Origin: Thermodesulfobacteriota bacterium
GTDB lineage: Bacteria > Desulfobacterota > Desulfobulbia > Desulfobulbales > SURF-16
Direction of reading: 5' to 3'
Assembly (NCBI GenBank): GCA_040755455.1
Contig: JBFMAY010000002.1
Location: forward strand, 151,556-215,555
Length of the DNA: 64,000 nt
Below, one piece after another: positions 47,870 to 59,958 of the stretch. The position numbers were made by a program, and so were the translations under genes. Numbering within the stretch: position 1 is the first letter of the stretch; every line of letters starts with the position of its first letter. Under the pieces are notes generated by a model. It saw nothing but the letters and a program-made list of their open reading frames with translations. It searched no databases and was not told the origin of the DNA.

Positions 47870-48928
47870 TTATTCTTCCTGATCATCTACTGATGCAGCC
47901 GATGCAGGAGGTTCCCATTTGTCTATCTTCATGCCAAGAGAAAGGTCCATCTGTTGCAGAAGCTGCTTGATTTCATTTAAAGACTTACGCCCAAAATTCT
48001 TCGTCTTCAGCATTTCCGCTTCGGTCTTTTGAACAAGTTCACCGATATAGGTGATTTGCGCATTACGTAAGCAATTTGCCGATCTTACGGAAAGCTCCAA
48101 ATCTTCCACACTCTTTGAGAGATGCGGATTAATTGATTTAATTTCCCGAACATCAGATTTTTCTTCTTCTGTCTGTTCAATCTGATCTTCGTTAAAATTA
48201 ATAAAAACGGTCATCTGCTCTTTAAGAATTTTTGCCGCAAATGCAAGAGCATCTTCCGGTTTCACACTGCCGTCGGTATGAATTTCCATCGTCAGCTTAT
48301 CATAATCGGTACGCTGTCCAACGCGAGCCTGGCTAACAAGGGTTTTCACCTTATTAATCGGGGTAAAAATGGCATCGATCGGAATCACCCCAACACTTTG
48401 CTCCTCGGTCTTGTTTTTTTCTGCCGGAGAGTAGCCTTTGCCCCATTTTACCTCTAATTCAGCGATGAAATGGCCATCACCGGTAATGGTGCAGATATGT
48501 TTTTCAGGATTCATTACTTCAACCGCATTAGCAGTAATAATATCGGCTGCCGTAACATTTCCTTTTTCACGCTTTTCTATTCTTACCGTGGCAGAATTTT
48601 CCGTATTGAGCTTTAAACGTACTTCTTTTAAATTTAGAATAATCTCTGTCACATCTTCCAGGATACCGGGAAGAGTTGAAAATTCATGCAGTGCACCATC
48701 AATTTTTACTGAGGTAATGGCAGCACCTTGGATAGAGGATAAAAGTATACGTCGCAATCCATTGCCAATAGTGGTCGCAAATCCTCTTTCCAGAGGCTGG
48801 CAGACAAATTTGCCATAATTGTCACTATGAGTTTCATGATCTACTTCCAAGGGATTGGGAGCTATCAGATCATGCCAATTGCGATAAAAAGGAGTCGATT
48901 CTTGTGTCAAGATTTCCTCATTTGCCAT
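47870..48928 (-). CDS. rpoA: RNA polymerase alpha subunit
   Basis: [38 protein letters not shown]. Confidence 0.98.
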   Translation of the reverse strand: MANEEILTQESTPFYRNWHDLIAPNPLEVDHETHSDNYGKFVCQPLERGFATTIGNGLRRILLSSIQGAAITSVKIDGALHEFSTLPGILEDVTEIILNLKEVRLKLNTENSATVRIEKREKGNVTAADIITANAVEVMNPEKHICTITGDGHFIAELEVKWGKGYSPAEKNKTEEQSVGVIPIDAIFTPINKVKTLVSQARVGQRTDYDKLTMEIHTDGSVKPEDALAFAAKILKEQMTVFINFNEDQIEQTEEEKSDVREIKSINPHLSKSVEDLELSVRSANCLRNAQITYIGELVQKTEAEMLKTKNFGRKSLNEIKQLLQQMDLSLGMKIDKWEPPASAASVDDQEE

Positions 48929-48977
48929 CTTATTTCTCTTGCTGTATTTTCCAAATAAAAAAAGGGGTTAACCGATA

Positions 48978-49607
48978 CTATTTGGAATAGAGTTCAACAA
49001 TCAGCTGTTCCTGAATCGGCATCGTGATTTCCTGACGATCTGGGAGCGCTTTCACCTTTCCAGTGTAATTTTTCTGATCCAGTTCAAGCCAGTTAGGTAC
49101 ACCACGCCTTGCAACTGCTTCAAGGCTATCATTAATTGTTTCTATCTTGCGGCTTTTTTCACGGATAGAAATCACATCATTCACAGAAATAAGAAATGAA
49201 GGGATATTTACGGTTTTACCATTAACTTGGATATGATTATGCTTAACCAATTGGCGAGCCTGCGTGCGTGATGATGCATAACCAAGCCTGAAAATGGCAT
49301 TATCTAAGCGCCTCTCGAGAAATACCAGCAGGGTTTCGCCCGTCACGCCTTTAGCACGTTCAGCCATTTCAAAATATCTTTTGAACTGACCTTCAAGCAT
49401 TCCATAAATACGACGTACTTTCTGTTTTTCCCTTAATTGAATCGAGTAATCAGAAACTTTTCTCATTCTCGCCTGGCCATGCTGGCCTGGGGGAAAAGCT
49501 CTCTTTTCAAATGCGCATTTATCAGAATAGCACCTGTCCCCTTTCAGAAACAGCTTTAATTTTTCTCTCCGGCATTGCCGGCACACTGCACCTCTATATC
49601 TGGCCAA
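48978..49607 (-). CDS. rpsD: 30S ribosomal protein S4
   Basis: MARYRG..CRQCRRE, PPGQHG, ERRLDN; TTG start. Confidence 0.98.
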   Translation of the reverse strand: MARYRGAVCRQCRREKLKLFLKGDRCYSDKCAFEKRAFPPGQHGQARMRKVSDYSIQLREKQKVRRIYGMLEGQFKRYFEMAERAKGVTGETLLVFLERRLDNAIFRLGYASSRTQARQLVKHNHIQVNGKTVNIPSFLISVNDVISIREKSRKIETINDSLEAVARRGVPNWLELDQKNYTGKVKALPDRQEITMPIQEQLIVELYSK

Positions 49608-49669
49608 TTTTTACCTCCGTTATCACTGTTCAATAACGTTGCAGGTCGCAATATTATATTAAAATTGAA

Positions 49670-50059
49670 TTAAACTCTTCGTCTCTTTGGAGGCTTGCAT
49701 CCATTATGTGGTACAGGCGTGACATCACAGATCCTGCTTACTTCAAACCCCACAACCTGTAGTGCCCGTATAGCAGCCTCACGGCCCGGCCCAGGCCCGG
49801 TAACATTGATTTCAACCTTACGCATGCCATGATCCATAGCTACCTTGGCCGCCGTTTCAACTGCATTCTGAGCTGCAAAGGGAGTACTTTTCCGTGAACC
49901 CTTAAAACCAAGAACACCTGAACTTGACCATGAAATAACATTACCCTGTTTGTCGGTAATAGAAATCAATGTATTGTTGAATGTGGATTTGATATGTACA
50001 ATCCCTTCAGGCACATTCTTCTTTTCTTTACGTTTCGTTTTCTTTTTCGGACTGGCCAT
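49670..50059 (-). CDS. rpsK: 30S ribosomal protein S11
   Basis: [22 protein letters not shown]. Confidence 0.98.
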   Translation of the reverse strand: MASPKKKTKRKEKKNVPEGIVHIKSTFNNTLISITDKQGNVISWSSSGVLGFKGSRKSTPFAAQNAVETAAKVAMDHGMRKVEINVTGPGPGREAAIRALQVVGFEVSRICDVTPVPHNGCKPPKRRRV

Positions 50060-50105
50060 TTATATCTCCTGTTCAGGTCCGTTGATATTCGCAATCAGAA
50101 AGCTG

Positions 50106-50474
50106 TTATTTTTTCCGGGCACCAGCTGCACGCCGAGGACCTTTCCGTGTCCTGGCATTTGTTTTTGTCCGTTGTCCTCGACAGGGAAGTCCGCGACGAT
50201 GCCTAATCCCACGATAACAGCCTAGATCCATCAACCGCTTGATATCAAGGGCAACCTCACGTCTCTTATCGCCTTCAACTGAATAACCGTCATCCATTAT
50301 CTTCCTAATGCGGACAGCATCATCATCTGACAGGTTATCACTGTTAAATGTATAAGGCATCCCGACTTCATCAAGAATTTTCCGGGCGGTGCTGCGGCCA
50401 ATACCAAAAATATAGGTAAGGGCAATTTCCATATGCTTATTTTTAGGCAAATCAACGCCTGCTATGCGAGCCAA
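50106..50474 (-). CDS. rpsM: 30S ribosomal protein S13
   Basis: [27 protein letters not shown] start. Confidence 0.98.
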   Translation of the reverse strand: MARIAGVDLPKNKHMEIALTYIFGIGRSTARKILDEVGMPYTFNSDNLSDDDAVRIRKIMDDGYSVEGDKRREVALDIKRLMDLGCYRGIRHRRGLPCRGQRTKTNARTRKGPRRAAGARKK

Positions 50475-50500
50475 GGTCTACCTCCTCATTATATTTTCGA

Positions 50501-50614
50501 CTATCCTTGCCGTTGTTTATGCTTCTTAACCTTACAAGAAACTCGCACAACACCTTTGCGCTTGTAAACCTTGCAATCACTGCATATTTTTTTTACCGAT
50601 GTACGAACTTTCAT
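50501..50614 (-). CDS. rpmJ: 50S ribosomal protein L36 (Zn-ribbon type)
   Basis: Too short for the ORF track; manual translation [37 protein letters not shown]. Confidence 0.97.
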   Translation of the reverse strand: MKVRTSVKKICSDCKVYKRKGVVRVSCKVKKHKQRQG

Positions 50615-50616
50615 GA

Positions 50617-50862
50617 TTATTCCCTGCGGTTGTTTCTACTTTGACTTCTTGCCCTGAATGTAACCCTCCCCCTGGTCAAATCGTAGGGTGAGAGCTCTAC
50701 TGTTACACGGTCACCAGGCAAAATCTTAATGAAATGCATCCTCATTTTACCTGAAATATGCGCCAGGATCTTATGGCCATTATCTAACTCAACCCGAAAC
50801 ATCGCGTTGGGTAATGGTTCAATAATTGTTCCCTCTACAGTAATGGCCTCTTCCTTAGCCAT
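50617..50862 (-). CDS. infA: Translation initiation factor IF-1
   Basis: [26 protein letters not shown]; short basic C-terminal extension. Confidence 0.98.
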   Translation of the reverse strand: MAKEEAITVEGTIIEPLPNAMFRVELDNGHKILAHISGKMRMHFIKILPGDRVTVELSPYDLTRGRVTFRARSQSRNNRRE

Positions 50863-51011
50863 AAAATTTTGCCTACCTCACTAATAATCAAATGAAAACT
50901 TTTTAAAAAGAACTGCAACCTGAAAGCCACGAATGGCTTTCGGACGAAAAATGAATTTATTATTATAACCTACTTTTAAAAAAATTCCACTGTTATTATT
51001 TTAAATTTACT

Positions 51012-51773
51012 TTACAGGCCATGGCTTAATATATGCGGCCCGTTTTCCGTTACGGCGACGGAATGCTCAAAATGAGCGGAAAGCCTTTTATCAATGGTCA
51101 CCACCGTCCAGCCGTCTCCAAGAATCTTTACTTCATGGGCTCCGGCATTGACCATGGGCTCTATGGCAAGCACCATCCCGGCCAGCAACTTAGGTGATCT
51201 GCCGGCCCTCTTGTAATTAGGTATCTCCGGGGGCTCGTGCAAATGTTGACCGATGCCATGACCGACAAACTGACGGACAACAGAGTATCCTTTTTCCTCA
51301 ACATAAACCTGCACAGCTTGGGAAATATCGGAAATTCTGTTACCTACTTTTACCTGCTCAATGGCCTTATATAATGACTCCCGGGTAATTTTTAGAAGAT
51401 TTTCCGCTTCTGGATCAATAATACCTACCGGTACAGTGATCGCCGCATCACCATAATAGCCTTTATATTTAACACCAAAATCTATACTGAGGATATCCCC
51501 CTCTTTCAAAACTACTTTTCGTGAAGGGATGCCATGCACAACCTGATCATTTAATGAGACACAAAGGCTGCCAGGGAAACCTCGATAACCTTTGAAAGCT
51601 GGAACTGCATGATGCTTCCGGGCAAATTTCTCAGCCAGTTGATCAAGTTGTAATGTGTTTACTCCCGGAGCGACATATTCCTGCAACATACACAACGTTT
51701 GTGCTACTATCTGATTGGCCTCTTCCATGATCTGCAATTCGGAAGCAGACTTCAATATAATTGCTGAAGTCAT
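51012..51773 (-). CDS. map: Methionine aminopeptidase type I
   Basis: VVHGIP, GDAAIT, GHGIG, IEPM, SAHFEH. Confidence 0.97.
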   Translation of the reverse strand: MTSAIILKSASELQIMEEANQIVAQTLCMLQEYVAPGVNTLQLDQLAEKFARKHHAVPAFKGYRGFPGSLCVSLNDQVVHGIPSRKVVLKEGDILSIDFGVKYKGYYGDAAITVPVGIIDPEAENLLKITRESLYKAIEQVKVGNRISDISQAVQVYVEEKGYSVVRQFVGHGIGQHLHEPPEIPNYKRAGRSPKLLAGMVLAIEPMVNAGAHEVKILGDGWTVVTIDKRLSAHFEHSVAVTENGPHILSHGL

Positions 51774-51788
51774 ACGGCTTTTCCTGAG

Positions 51789-53099
51789 CTATCTCCTGCC
51801 CTTGATACGACCAGACTTCAAAAAACCATCATAATTTCTCGCAATGGAATGTGATTCAATTTGCGATAAAGTATCAAGAGCAACACCGACGACAATCAGC
51901 AGTGCTGTCCCGCCGAAATAAAATGGCACATTCAGTTTACTAATCAGCACGGTTGGCAGCACACAGACCAAGCTGACATAGATGGCACCGATAACGGTCA
52001 ATCGGGTAATCACCTTGTCAATAAACTCAGCAGTTTTTTTCCCTGGCCGTACCCCTGGAACAAATCCGCCATGCTTTTTCAAATTCTCTGATACATCAAT
52101 CGGATTAAAGGTAACAGCGGTATAAAAAAAACAGAAGAAAACAATTAAAGCTACATATAGTAGGGTGTGCAAAGGACTGCCCCATGCAAGCATCGAGGTC
52201 ATTTGCTGCACCCAGTCAATTTTTATGAAGCCGCCTATGGTTGCGGGAAACATCATAATTGAAGAGGCAAAGATCGGCGGAATAACACCAGAAATATTTA
52301 TTTTAAGGGGCAAATGCGACCGTTGCCCTCCATACATCTGTCTGCCGATCATTCGCTTGGCATACTGTATGGGTATGCGGCGCTGAGATGTTTCAAAAAA
52401 AATGATGATAGAAATAACAGCCGCCATCATGGCAAGCAGAATAGGCAAAAATATCAATGTAATTTCACCTGACCCGACCATTTTAATAGTGTTGACGATG
52501 GCGGCCGGCATCCTAGCCACAATACCAGCAAAAATGATCATCGATATGCCGTTTCCGATGCCGCGTTCCGTCATCTGCTCACCAAGCCACATGATAAAAG
52601 CCGTACCGGATGTTAACGTCAGCATGGTCATGATGCGGAATTGCCATCCCGGGTTTATGACGATCATTTCACTGCCGACTGGAGCAACCATGCCTTCAAG
52701 ACCAGTGCTGATCATCAAAGATTGGATAAGGCTTAGTCCAACAGTGGCATATCGGGTGTATTGCGTAATTTTTCTGCGCCCCGCCTCACCTTCTTTGGAT
52801 AATGCCTCAAGCTGGGGTACGACAACGGTCAAGAGCTGAAAAATAATGGAGGCACTGATGTAAGGCATGATTCCGAGAGCAAAAATAGAAAAATTTTCTA
52901 ATGCGCCACCGGAAAACATATTGAACATGCCAAACAGGGTACTGGCATTTTTTTCAAAAAAAGAGGCAAGGGCCTCTCCGTTAATACCGGGGGTAGGAAT
53001 CTGCACTCCGGCACGGTAAACGGCAAGCATAAGAAGGGTAAAGGTAATACGCCTTCTCAGGTCAGGTATATTTGCAACGCTTTGCAGTGCACCGGCCAT
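51789..53099 (-). CDS. secY: Preprotein translocase subunit SecY
   Basis: FALGIMPYISASII, GIGNGIS, PGVRPG, FGGTALLIVVGV. Confidence 0.98.
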   Translation of the reverse strand: MAGALQSVANIPDLRRRITFTLLMLAVYRAGVQIPTPGINGEALASFFEKNASTLFGMFNMFSGGALENFSIFALGIMPYISASIIFQLLTVVVPQLEALSKEGEAGRRKITQYTRYATVGLSLIQSLMISTGLEGMVAPVGSEMIVINPGWQFRIMTMLTLTSGTAFIMWLGEQMTERGIGNGISMIIFAGIVARMPAAIVNTIKMVGSGEITLIFLPILLAMMAAVISIIIFFETSQRRIPIQYAKRMIGRQMYGGQRSHLPLKINISGVIPPIFASSIMMFPATIGGFIKIDWVQQMTSMLAWGSPLHTLLYVALIVFFCFFYTAVTFNPIDVSENLKKHGGFVPGVRPGKKTAEFIDKVITRLTVIGAIYVSLVCVLPTVLISKLNVPFYFGGTALLIVVGVALDTLSQIESHSIARNYDGFLKSGRIKGRR

Positions 53100-53111
53100 T
53101 ATAATCCTCTT

Positions 53112-53552
53112 TTATTCCTCGATTGTTCCGCCGGCGTTCTCAATCTTTTTGCGCGCACTTTCACTTACCTTATCAACGGCTACGGTGAATTTTTTGGTCA
53201 GTTGGCCATCACCGAGAATTTTGACAAAGCTATCCTTGGCACGGATAAGACCTGCTGCAACCAAGGCCTGTCGGTCAACTTTGGCACCTGCATCCAGTTT
53301 GTCGAGATCCTTGACATTAACCACAGCATATTCCTTGCGGAAAACATTATTAAATCCGCGTTTGGGCAAACGTCTCTGCAGAGGCATCTGACCACCTTCA
53401 AAGCCAGGTTTGACACCACTGCCTGAACGGGCCTTAAAGCCTTTATGACCACGTCCGGCGGTTTTACCATGACCGCTACCCGGCCCTCTTCCCAAACGTT
53501 TACGCTGCTTGGTTGAACCCTTCTGTGGGGATAAGTTTGATAAAGACAGCAT
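53112..53552 (-). CDS. rplO: 50S ribosomal protein L15
   Basis: GRGPGSGHGKTAGRGHKG, GFEGGQMP. Confidence 0.98.
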   Translation of the reverse strand: MLSLSNLSPQKGSTKQRKRLGRGPGSGHGKTAGRGHKGFKARSGSGVKPGFEGGQMPLQRRLPKRGFNNVFRKEYAVVNVKDLDKLDAGAKVDRQALVAAGLIRAKDSFVKILGDGQLTKKFTVAVDKVSESARKKIENAGGTIEE

Positions 53553-53734
53553 TATATTTCCTCCACTTCAACAAGATGTTGAACCTTGTTCACCATTCCT
53601 CGAATCTCAGGCGTGTCTTTACGAACTATCGTTTTGTTCGTTTTGGTCAAACCCAAACCCGTGGCAGTAGCACGTACTTTCTTTGTGCTGCCGATCACGC
53701 TCTTTTTCAAAGTTATTTTAAGCTCATTCGCCAT
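53552..53734 (-). CDS. rpmD: 50S ribosomal protein L30
   Basis: [22 protein letters not shown]. Confidence 0.95.
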   Translation of the reverse strand: MANELKITLKKSVIGSTKKVRATATGLGLTKTNKTIVRKDTPEIRGMVNKVQHLVEVEEI

Positions 53735-53841
53735 GACCATACCTATCGATAACTAATCGCATTTGCCAATACGGAAGTTTATTATGTGGGATTTAACACA
53801 GTAAGAAGATTTACTCTGAACGTACTGCAAATGAAATCAAC

Positions 53842-54348
53842 CTATAAGAGCATTTCCTCTACGGCCAGCCCACGTTGTTTTGCTACTTTCTCAACACTGC
53901 GCAACTTCCTCAATCCGTCCAAAGTTGCCTTGACGAGATTATGAGGATTATGTGATCCGAGGCATTTGGTGAGAATATTCTGCACCCCGGCAGCCTCAAG
54001 AACAGCACGGACAGCCCCACCAGCTATTACACCAGTTCCTGCAGAAGCAGGCTTGAGCATTACCTTGCCGGCACCAAATCTGCCATTTGTCTCGTGGGGA
54101 ATGCTGATATCATTAATGGCTACAGGTTTCATATCCTTGCGTGCTTTTTCGACGCCCTTTCGGATGGCCTCAGGAACCTGATTTGCTTTGCCAAGACCAT
54201 AACCAACGCTACCCTTGCCATCACCAACAACAACAATAGCACTGAAGCTGAAACGACGTCCGCCCTTTACAACCTTAGCTACCCTGTTGATGTACACAAT
54301 CTTTTCAATAAGCTGATCATCAATCTTATCGCTTTTAAAATCGGCCAA
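53842..54348 (-). CDS. rpsE: 30S ribosomal protein S5
   Basis: [26 protein letters not shown] start. Confidence 0.98.
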   Translation of the reverse strand: MADFKSDKIDDQLIEKIVYINRVAKVVKGGRRFSFSAIVVVGDGKGSVGYGLGKANQVPEAIRKGVEKARKDMKPVAINDISIPHETNGRFGAGKVMLKPASAGTGVIAGGAVRAVLEAAGVQNILTKCLGSHNPHNLVKATLDGLRKLRSVEKVAKQRGLAVEEMLL

Positions 54349-54405
54349 CTTACACCCCCAACAATTCCATAAAATTAGAATGATTCATGCTTGAATAAAA
54401 TTTCA

Positions 54406-54771
54406 TTAAAATTCAAGTCCACCCTCACGTGCACCTTCTGATAAAGCCTTGACACGACCATGATAGATGTAACCACCCCTGTCAAAAACGACTTTATTAA
54501 TGCCATGTTCTATTGCTTTTTTTGCCAGAAGAACTCCAACATGATGAGCGATTGCAATTTTTCCTTTTTCTTCAACAGGTGTATACGACTTGTCACATGT
54601 TGACATGGAACACATGGTGTGTCCTGCCACATCATCAATCACCTGGGCGTATATATGTTTGGAACTTTTAAAAACACGCAGACGTGGTCTTTCAGCAGTA
54701 CCCAAAATCTTTTTTCTAATTCTTTTGATACGCTTTTCACGTGCAACAGTCTTCTGATTTGTTCTCGCCAT
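54406..54771 (-). CDS. rplR: 50S ribosomal protein L18
   Basis: [19 protein letters not shown]. Confidence 0.98.
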   Translation of the reverse strand: MARTNQKTVAREKRIKRIRKKILGTAERPRLRVFKSSKHIYAQVIDDVAGHTMCSMSTCDKSYTPVEEKGKIAIAHHVGVLLAKKAIEHGINKVVFDRGGYIYHGRVKALSEGAREGGLEF

Positions 54772-54806
54772 TGTCTTAACCTAAATAAAATTCAAAAGTT
54801 ACTCTG

Positions 54807-55343
54807 TTACTTCGATGCTGATTTACCAGCTTTGCGGACAATATGCTCATCTTCATATCTGATACCCTTGCCCTTATAGGGTTCAGGCTTTCTGATATCA
54901 CGAATTTTGGCAGCAGTCAGTCCAAGAAGTTCTTTGTCAATCCCCTCTAGGGTAATGGTTGTCTTTTCAACCTTTCCGGTCACACCTTCAGGCAGCTTGA
55001 AAAGCACCGGATTTGAGTAGCCGACATTGAGTGTCAGCTCATTCATTTGCAAGTCAGCCTTATAGCCGACACCTTCAATAATCAGTTTCTTAGTAAACAT
55101 TTTTTCTGTACCAAGAATCATGTTATTGATCAGGGTTCTGGTTAATCCGCTAAAGGCCCGGGTTCTTTTACTGTGATCCAAGCATTTTGCTGTAATAATA
55201 CCGTCACCCTGAACAAGACTGATCTCTGGTCGGATATTTCTTTCCAAAGTCCCCTTGGGCCCGGTAATCTTTACGTTTGTACCATTAATAACAACTTTAA
55301 CCCCAGCTGGTACCGTTATGGGTTGATTGCCAATCCTTGACAT
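54807..55343 (-). CDS. rplF: 50S ribosomal protein L6
   Basis: MSRIG, GPKG, PEPYKGKGI. Confidence 0.98.
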   Translation of the reverse strand: MSRIGNQPITVPAGVKVVINGTNVKITGPKGTLERNIRPEISLVQGDGIITAKCLDHSKRTRAFSGLTRTLINNMILGTEKMFTKKLIIEGVGYKADLQMNELTLNVGYSNPVLFKLPEGVTGKVEKTTITLEGIDKELLGLTAAKIRDIRKPEPYKGKGIRYEDEHIVRKAGKSASK

Positions 55344-55433
55344 TGGTCATCTCCACTCTATCTAACTAACTTCGTGTTCACTTAATTAACAGACGGCGTC
55401 CATCATTGAAAGCCGCCATATCTAATTCGCTTT

Positions 55434-55832
55434 TTACCAGACAGTGCAGAGTAACTCTCCACCAACACCGTTTTTCCTTGCTTCTCTATCAGTAAGAATA
55501 CCACTTGAAGTAGATATGATAGCTATTCCAAGTCCACTCATAACTTTTGGTATATCATCGGATTTTACATAAACCCGACACCCGGGTTTGCTCACCCGCT
55601 TCAATCCGGAAATTACAGGATTTCTGTTCTGGTCATATTTCAGGGAAATTTTCATAACACCCTGATTGTTATCTTTAATAACTTGATAATCACTGATATA
55701 GCCTTCTTTCTTTAAGATCTCCGCCACACCACTTCTTAATTTGGAATACGGCATCTCGAGACTTTCAAACTTTACCATTCTGGCATTTCTAATTCTGGTC
55801 AGCATATCTGCCAGAGGATCACTTATCGACAT
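55434..55832 (-). CDS. rpsH: 30S ribosomal protein S8
   Basis: [23 protein letters not shown]; start 55832. Confidence 0.98.
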   Translation of the reverse strand: MSISDPLADMLTRIRNARMVKFESLEMPYSKLRSGVAEILKKEGYISDYQVIKDNNQGVMKISLKYDQNRNPVISGLKRVSKPGCRVYVKSDDIPKVMSGLGIAIISTSSGILTDREARKNGVGGELLCTVW

Positions 55833-55877
55833 GTATCTACTCCTTTTGCAGTCAATCAAAAATGACAAAGAGCGCGC

Positions 55878-56063
55878 TTACCAGCTCGATTTTGTCACGC
55901 CGGTTATTTCACCGCGGGAAGCAAGGGATCTGAAACAAATCCTGCACACACCAAATTTACGGATAAATGCCCGTGGTCTTCCACAAAGTGGACAGCGATT
56001 ATAAGCGCGAACACCAAATTTCGGTTTGCGCTCACTTTTTGATATTAAAGATTTCTTAGCCAA
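55878..56063 (-). CDS. rpsN: 30S ribosomal protein S14 type Z (Zn-binding)
   Basis: 61 aa; RCPLCGR...CRIC; TTG start. Confidence 0.97.
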   Translation of the reverse strand: MAKKSLISKSERKPKFGVRAYNRCPLCGRPRAFIRKFGVCRICFRSLASRGEITGVTKSSW

Positions 56064-56083
56064 CCTCTTCCTCCTGAACAGTG

Positions 56084-56623
56084 CTATTTATGGAAAGGCA
56101 TACCCAGCGCATTTAATAGAAAACGCCCTTCTTCATCAGTCTTTGCATTGGTTGTAATTGTTATATTAAAACCTTTGATTTTATCTATTTTGTCATAATC
56201 GATCTCAGGGAAAATGATATGCTCTTTTACGCCGAAAGAGAAATTACCTCGGCCATCAAAGCCACCGGATTTGACGCCCCTGAAATCACGTACCCTGGGA
56301 AGGGCAATATGAACCAGTTTGCTGTAAAAATCATACATTTTATCTTTGCGGAGGGTAACCTTGCAGCCGATGGGCATGCCTTCTCTGAGCTTAAAGGTAG
56401 CAATGGATTTTTTGGCCTTGGTTACGACTGCCTTCTGACCGGCAATAAGGCTCAGTTCGTTGGCCGCACCCTCGACAATCTTGGGGTTTTGCACCGCTTC
56501 GCCCAAGCCCATGTTCAGAACTATTTTCTCAATCTTGGGCACTTCCATCATATTTTTATAACCAAACTCTTTGATGAGCATGGGTATACATTCTTTTTCG
56601 TAATATTCTTTTAAACTTAACAT
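56084..56623 (-). CDS. rplE: 50S ribosomal protein L5
   Basis: [29 protein letters not shown]. Confidence 0.98.
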   Translation of the reverse strand: MLSLKEYYEKECIPMLIKEFGYKNMMEVPKIEKIVLNMGLGEAVQNPKIVEGAANELSLIAGQKAVVTKAKKSIATFKLREGMPIGCKVTLRKDKMYDFYSKLVHIALPRVRDFRGVKSGGFDGRGNFSFGVKEHIIFPEIDYDKIDKIKGFNITITTNAKTDEEGRFLLNALGMPFHK

Positions 56624-56649
56624 CATAGCCTCCAATAAACCAAAAGCCG

Positions 56650-56985
56650 TTACGAGCGAGCCTCTATTGATTCACCACATTTCTTGCAGACGCGTACCTT
56701 TGTTCCATCTTCCAAACGAGAAACTTTAACTCGAACAGCCTTAGCACACTTGGAACAAATCAACATCAGATTGGAAACATGCATAGGCGCTTCCATTTCG
56801 ATAATGCCACCCTGCTGGTTTTTCATATTGGGTTTTGTGTGGCGCTTCATCATGTTGATTTTTTCAACTTTTGCCTTATCATTGTCAGGATATACTTTTG
56901 TGATTTTTCCCACTCGGCCTTTATCCTTACCGGCAACGACCTCAACCTTATCATTGAGTTTCAGATAATTTTTCCCTGCACCCAT
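56650..56985 (-). CDS. rplX: 50S ribosomal protein L24
   Basis: GKDKG, GGIIE.EAP.HVSN. Confidence 0.97.
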   Translation of the reverse strand: MGAGKNYLKLNDKVEVVAGKDKGRVGKITKVYPDNDKAKVEKINMMKRHTKPNMKNQQGGIIEMEAPMHVSNLMLICSKCAKAVRVKVSRLEDGTKVRVCKKCGESIEARS

Positions 56986-57063
56986 CACTCGATCCTCATA
57001 TATAAATTTTCCATCACTTACATCCTGTCTGTATACCGTATGTCAAAAAATACATTTGACTAT

Positions 57064-57432
57064 TTAAAGTACTTCAGGAGCCAGTGATATTATTTTCATG
57101 AATCCTTTAAGTCGCAGTTCTCGGGCAACAGGGCCAAATATCCTGGTTCCTATTGGTTCACCTGATCCAGCTAGAAGTACCGCTGAATTCTCATCAAATC
57201 TCACAGAAGTATCATCCTTACGTTTGATCTGTTTGACGGTGCGAACTATTACTGCGCGCAGGACATCACCTTTTTTTACCTTGGCGTTGGGTATAGCCTC
57301 TTTCACTGAAACGACAATGATGTCGCCTACGCGGGCATATCTTCTCCTGGTTCCTCCAAGCACACGGATGCAAAGTACTTTCTTTGCCCCGGAGTTATCA
57401 GCAACATTGAGAACGGTTTCTGTCTGTATCAT
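57064..57432 (-). CDS. rplN: 50S ribosomal protein L14
   Basis: [20 protein letters not shown]. Confidence 0.98.
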   Translation of the reverse strand: MIQTETVLNVADNSGAKKVLCIRVLGGTRRRYARVGDIIVVSVKEAIPNAKVKKGDVLRAVIVRTVKQIKRKDDTSVRFDENSAVLLAGSGEPIGTRIFGPVARELRLKGFMKIISLAPEVL

Positions 57433-57526
57433 ATCTTCACCAACTATCCACCACTCAGTGAATATTATTGAGTAATAAAGTATTTGCGACTATTGCGATA
57501 AAAAAGCTGAAAAAACAGCAACTACA

Positions 57527-57793
57527 TCATACAATTACTGCTTTCTCGACAATTTGCCGCAATCTCCAGCGTTTTCTTTTGCTTAGAGGACGGCATTCTT
57601 CTATCATTACAAGATCGCCAACGCTGCAGAGGCTTTCCGGATCATCGGCCATATATTTCACTTGCCTGCGAATGAACTTCCCATAAAGTTTATGGCGAAT
57701 CAAACGTTCAGTGCGAATGACAATACTTTTGTCCATTTTGTCGCTTATCACAATGCCGATTCTAGTCTTTTTATGCGCTTTCTTTTCCACCAT
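57527..57793 (-). CDS. rpsQ: 30S ribosomal protein S17
   Basis: SDKMDKS, H.LYGK, ECRPLSK.KRW. Confidence 0.97.
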   Translation of the reverse strand: MVEKKAHKKTRIGIVISDKMDKSIVIRTERLIRHKLYGKFIRRQVKYMADDPESLCSVGDLVMIEECRPLSKRKRWRLRQIVEKAVIV

Positions 57794-57845
57794 CTGTTTA
57801 TCCCGCGATATATGAATGTTTTTGATTCACCATCGATCTTTGATA

Positions 57846-58040
57846 TTAATTTGACTGAAGTTTTTCAGTGATTACCGTTTTAATTTTTGAAATTTGTCTG
57901 CGAAGATCTTTAAGCTTGGCAGTGTTCTCAAGTGGCCTTATACCATGCTGAAATTTCAATTTATTAAGCTCTTCAGCCAGATCTATGGTTTTCTTTCTCA
58001 GATCATCAACACTTAATTCACGGATTTCTTTGGCTTTCAT
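57846..58040 (-). CDS. rpmC: 50S ribosomal protein L29
   Basis: [10 protein letters not shown], position in S10 operon. Confidence 0.95.
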   Translation of the reverse strand: MKAKEIRELSVDDLRKKTIDLAEELNKLKFQHGIRPLENTAKLKDLRRQISKIKTVITEKLQSN

Positions 58041-58453
58041 AAACTGTTCCTCTTAGAAATAACTTTGGTTGCAAAAGGAAGTTTATTTCCCGCCAGCGTC
58101 AACGCTTTGATCGCCAAACTTTCTTCAACGCCGGTGAGCTCATATAAAATCCGACCAGGTCTAACTGGCGCAACCCAATACTCCGGGCTGCCCTTGCCTT
58201 TACCCATCCTCGTTTCGGCCGGTTTTTTGGTGATCGGCTTGTCGGGAAAAATGCGAATCCACATCTTGCCGCCACGCTTAACCGTTCTGTTAATCGCGAT
58301 ACGTGCAGCTTCTATCTGCTGAGCAGTCATATTGCCGCACTGGACAGCTTTCAACGCGAACTCACCAAAAACCAAGGACGAACCACGCAGGGCAGTGCCT
58401 CTCATGCGGCCCTTCATTTGTTTTCTATGTTTAACTTTTTTTGGACTAAGCAT
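58037..58453 (-). CDS. rplP: 50S ribosomal protein L16
   Basis: [15 protein letters not shown]. Confidence 0.98.
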   Translation of the reverse strand: MLSPKKVKHRKQMKGRMRGTALRGSSLVFGEFALKAVQCGNMTAQQIEAARIAINRTVKRGGKMWIRIFPDKPITKKPAETRMGKGKGSPEYWVAPVRPGRILYELTGVEESLAIKALTLAGNKLPFATKVISKRNSL

Positions 58454-58568
58454 CGCTACGTTACCTTAATCAATATCAAGCGTATCATTATGATATCTGC
58501 TTGGATTTACATTGAATAAAATAAGGTGCCATATGCACCTCATTTTTCAGAAACAGGCAATATATCCT

Positions 58569-59216
58569 TTATTCACTGACTGGTTCAGCGTCAGCAAGAA
58601 CTTCGCCCTTAAAGATCCAAACCTTTACACCGATAATACCATATGTTGTATTTGCTTCAGCAAAACCGTAATCTATATCAGCCCGAAGCGTATGAAGCGG
58701 CACACGACCTTCACGGGTCCACTCACGCCGCGCCATTTCAGCCCCGCCCAAACGACCAGAGCAGGCTATCTTAATACCTTTTGCTCCGAACTTCAAGGCG
58801 ATATTCACCGCCTTTTTCATTGCCCGGCGAAATGCGATACGTCTTTCCAGCTGCAAGGCAACATTTTCCGCAACAAGCTGCGCGTCGGCCTCTGGGCGTC
58901 TGACCTCCTGAATATCAACAACACATTGCCTGTTGGTCAGCTTATCGAGATCGCTTTTCAACGCCTCGATTTCTGTCCCCTTTTTACCAATGACAATACC
59001 AGGCCTTGCTGTGTGGAGTTTCAGTTTCAGCTTTTCACCGGTGCGAGAAATATTAATTTTAGAAATACCGGCATGATAAAGCCTCTTTTTCAAATACTTT
59101 CTGATCTTTTGATCTTCCAGTAAATATTTTGCATAATCACGGTCTGCATACCATGTTGATTCCCATGATCGCACAATATTAAGGCGCAAACCTATTGGAT
59201 TAACTTTCTGGCCCAA
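58569..59216 (-). CDS. rpsC: 30S ribosomal protein S3
   Basis: [33 protein letters not shown] start. Confidence 0.98.
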   Translation of the reverse strand: MGQKVNPIGLRLNIVRSWESTWYADRDYAKYLLEDQKIRKYLKKRLYHAGISKINISRTGEKLKLKLHTARPGIVIGKKGTEIEALKSDLDKLTNRQCVVDIQEVRRPEADAQLVAENVALQLERRIAFRRAMKKAVNIALKFGAKGIKIACSGRLGGAEMARREWTREGRVPLHTLRADIDYGFAEANTTYGIIGVKVWIFKGEVLADAEPVSE

Positions 59217-59304
59217 AACCTTCCTCCATCACATAAGGATTATGTTTAATTCCACAACCTGAGTCAGGCTTAATAAATTGATCATTACGCCTATACTCAA
59301 CGAA

Positions 59305-59637
59305 TCACATTTCATCAAGCACTACTGTAATGTGGCTTGACCTTTTTAATATCCTTGAAGCTCTCCCCATGGCTCTGGGGCGGATACGTTTCAGCATTGG
59401 TCCGCCATCTATAAAGATTTTCTTAACAAATAATGTATCAACATCAATCGACTCATTCTGACTGGCGTTTGCTACAGCGGATTCAACCACTTTACGAATG
59501 AGACGGGCACCTTTTTTGGGGGTGAATCTCAAGGTGTTCAGGGCATTATCAACCTGCTTGCCACGAATCATATCAGCGACAAGCCGCGCTTTCTGAGGCG
59601 AAATTCTTATATTTTTTACAACAGCCTTTGCTTCCAT
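59305..59637 (-). CDS. rplV: 50S ribosomal protein L22
   Basis: [19 protein letters not shown]. Confidence 0.98.
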   Translation of the reverse strand: MEAKAVVKNIRISPQKARLVADMIRGKQVDNALNTLRFTPKKGARLIRKVVESAVANASQNESIDVDTLFVKKIFIDGGPMLKRIRPRAMGRASRILKRSSHITVVLDEM

Positions 59638-59669
59638 CGGTTAATGACTCCTTTTCAGGTGACCGGCTT

Positions 59670-59945
59670 TTACTTTTTGACTTTTCTGTCACCTGCATGG
59701 CTATAAAATGTCCGAGTCGGTGAAAATTCACCAAACTTGTGTCCAACCATATTTTCTGTGACAAAAACAGGAATAAATTTTTTCCCATTATGAACAGCAA
59801 AGGTAAGACCAACCATTTCCGGAAGTATATCTGAGCGCCTGGACCAGGTTTTAATAACCTTGCGCGATCCAGTGTCCTTGGCGCTTTCTACCTTGCTCAT
59901 TAAATGGTCATCTACAAATGGACCTTTTTTAATTGACCGTCCCAT
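59670..59945 (-). CDS. rpsS: 30S ribosomal protein S19
   Basis: [22 protein letters not shown]. Confidence 0.98.
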   Translation of the reverse strand: MGRSIKKGPFVDDHLMSKVESAKDTGSRKVIKTWSRRSDILPEMVGLTFAVHNGKKFIPVFVTENMVGHKFGEFSPTRTFYSHAGDRKVKK

Positions 59946-59958
59946 GCTCTATCTCCCT

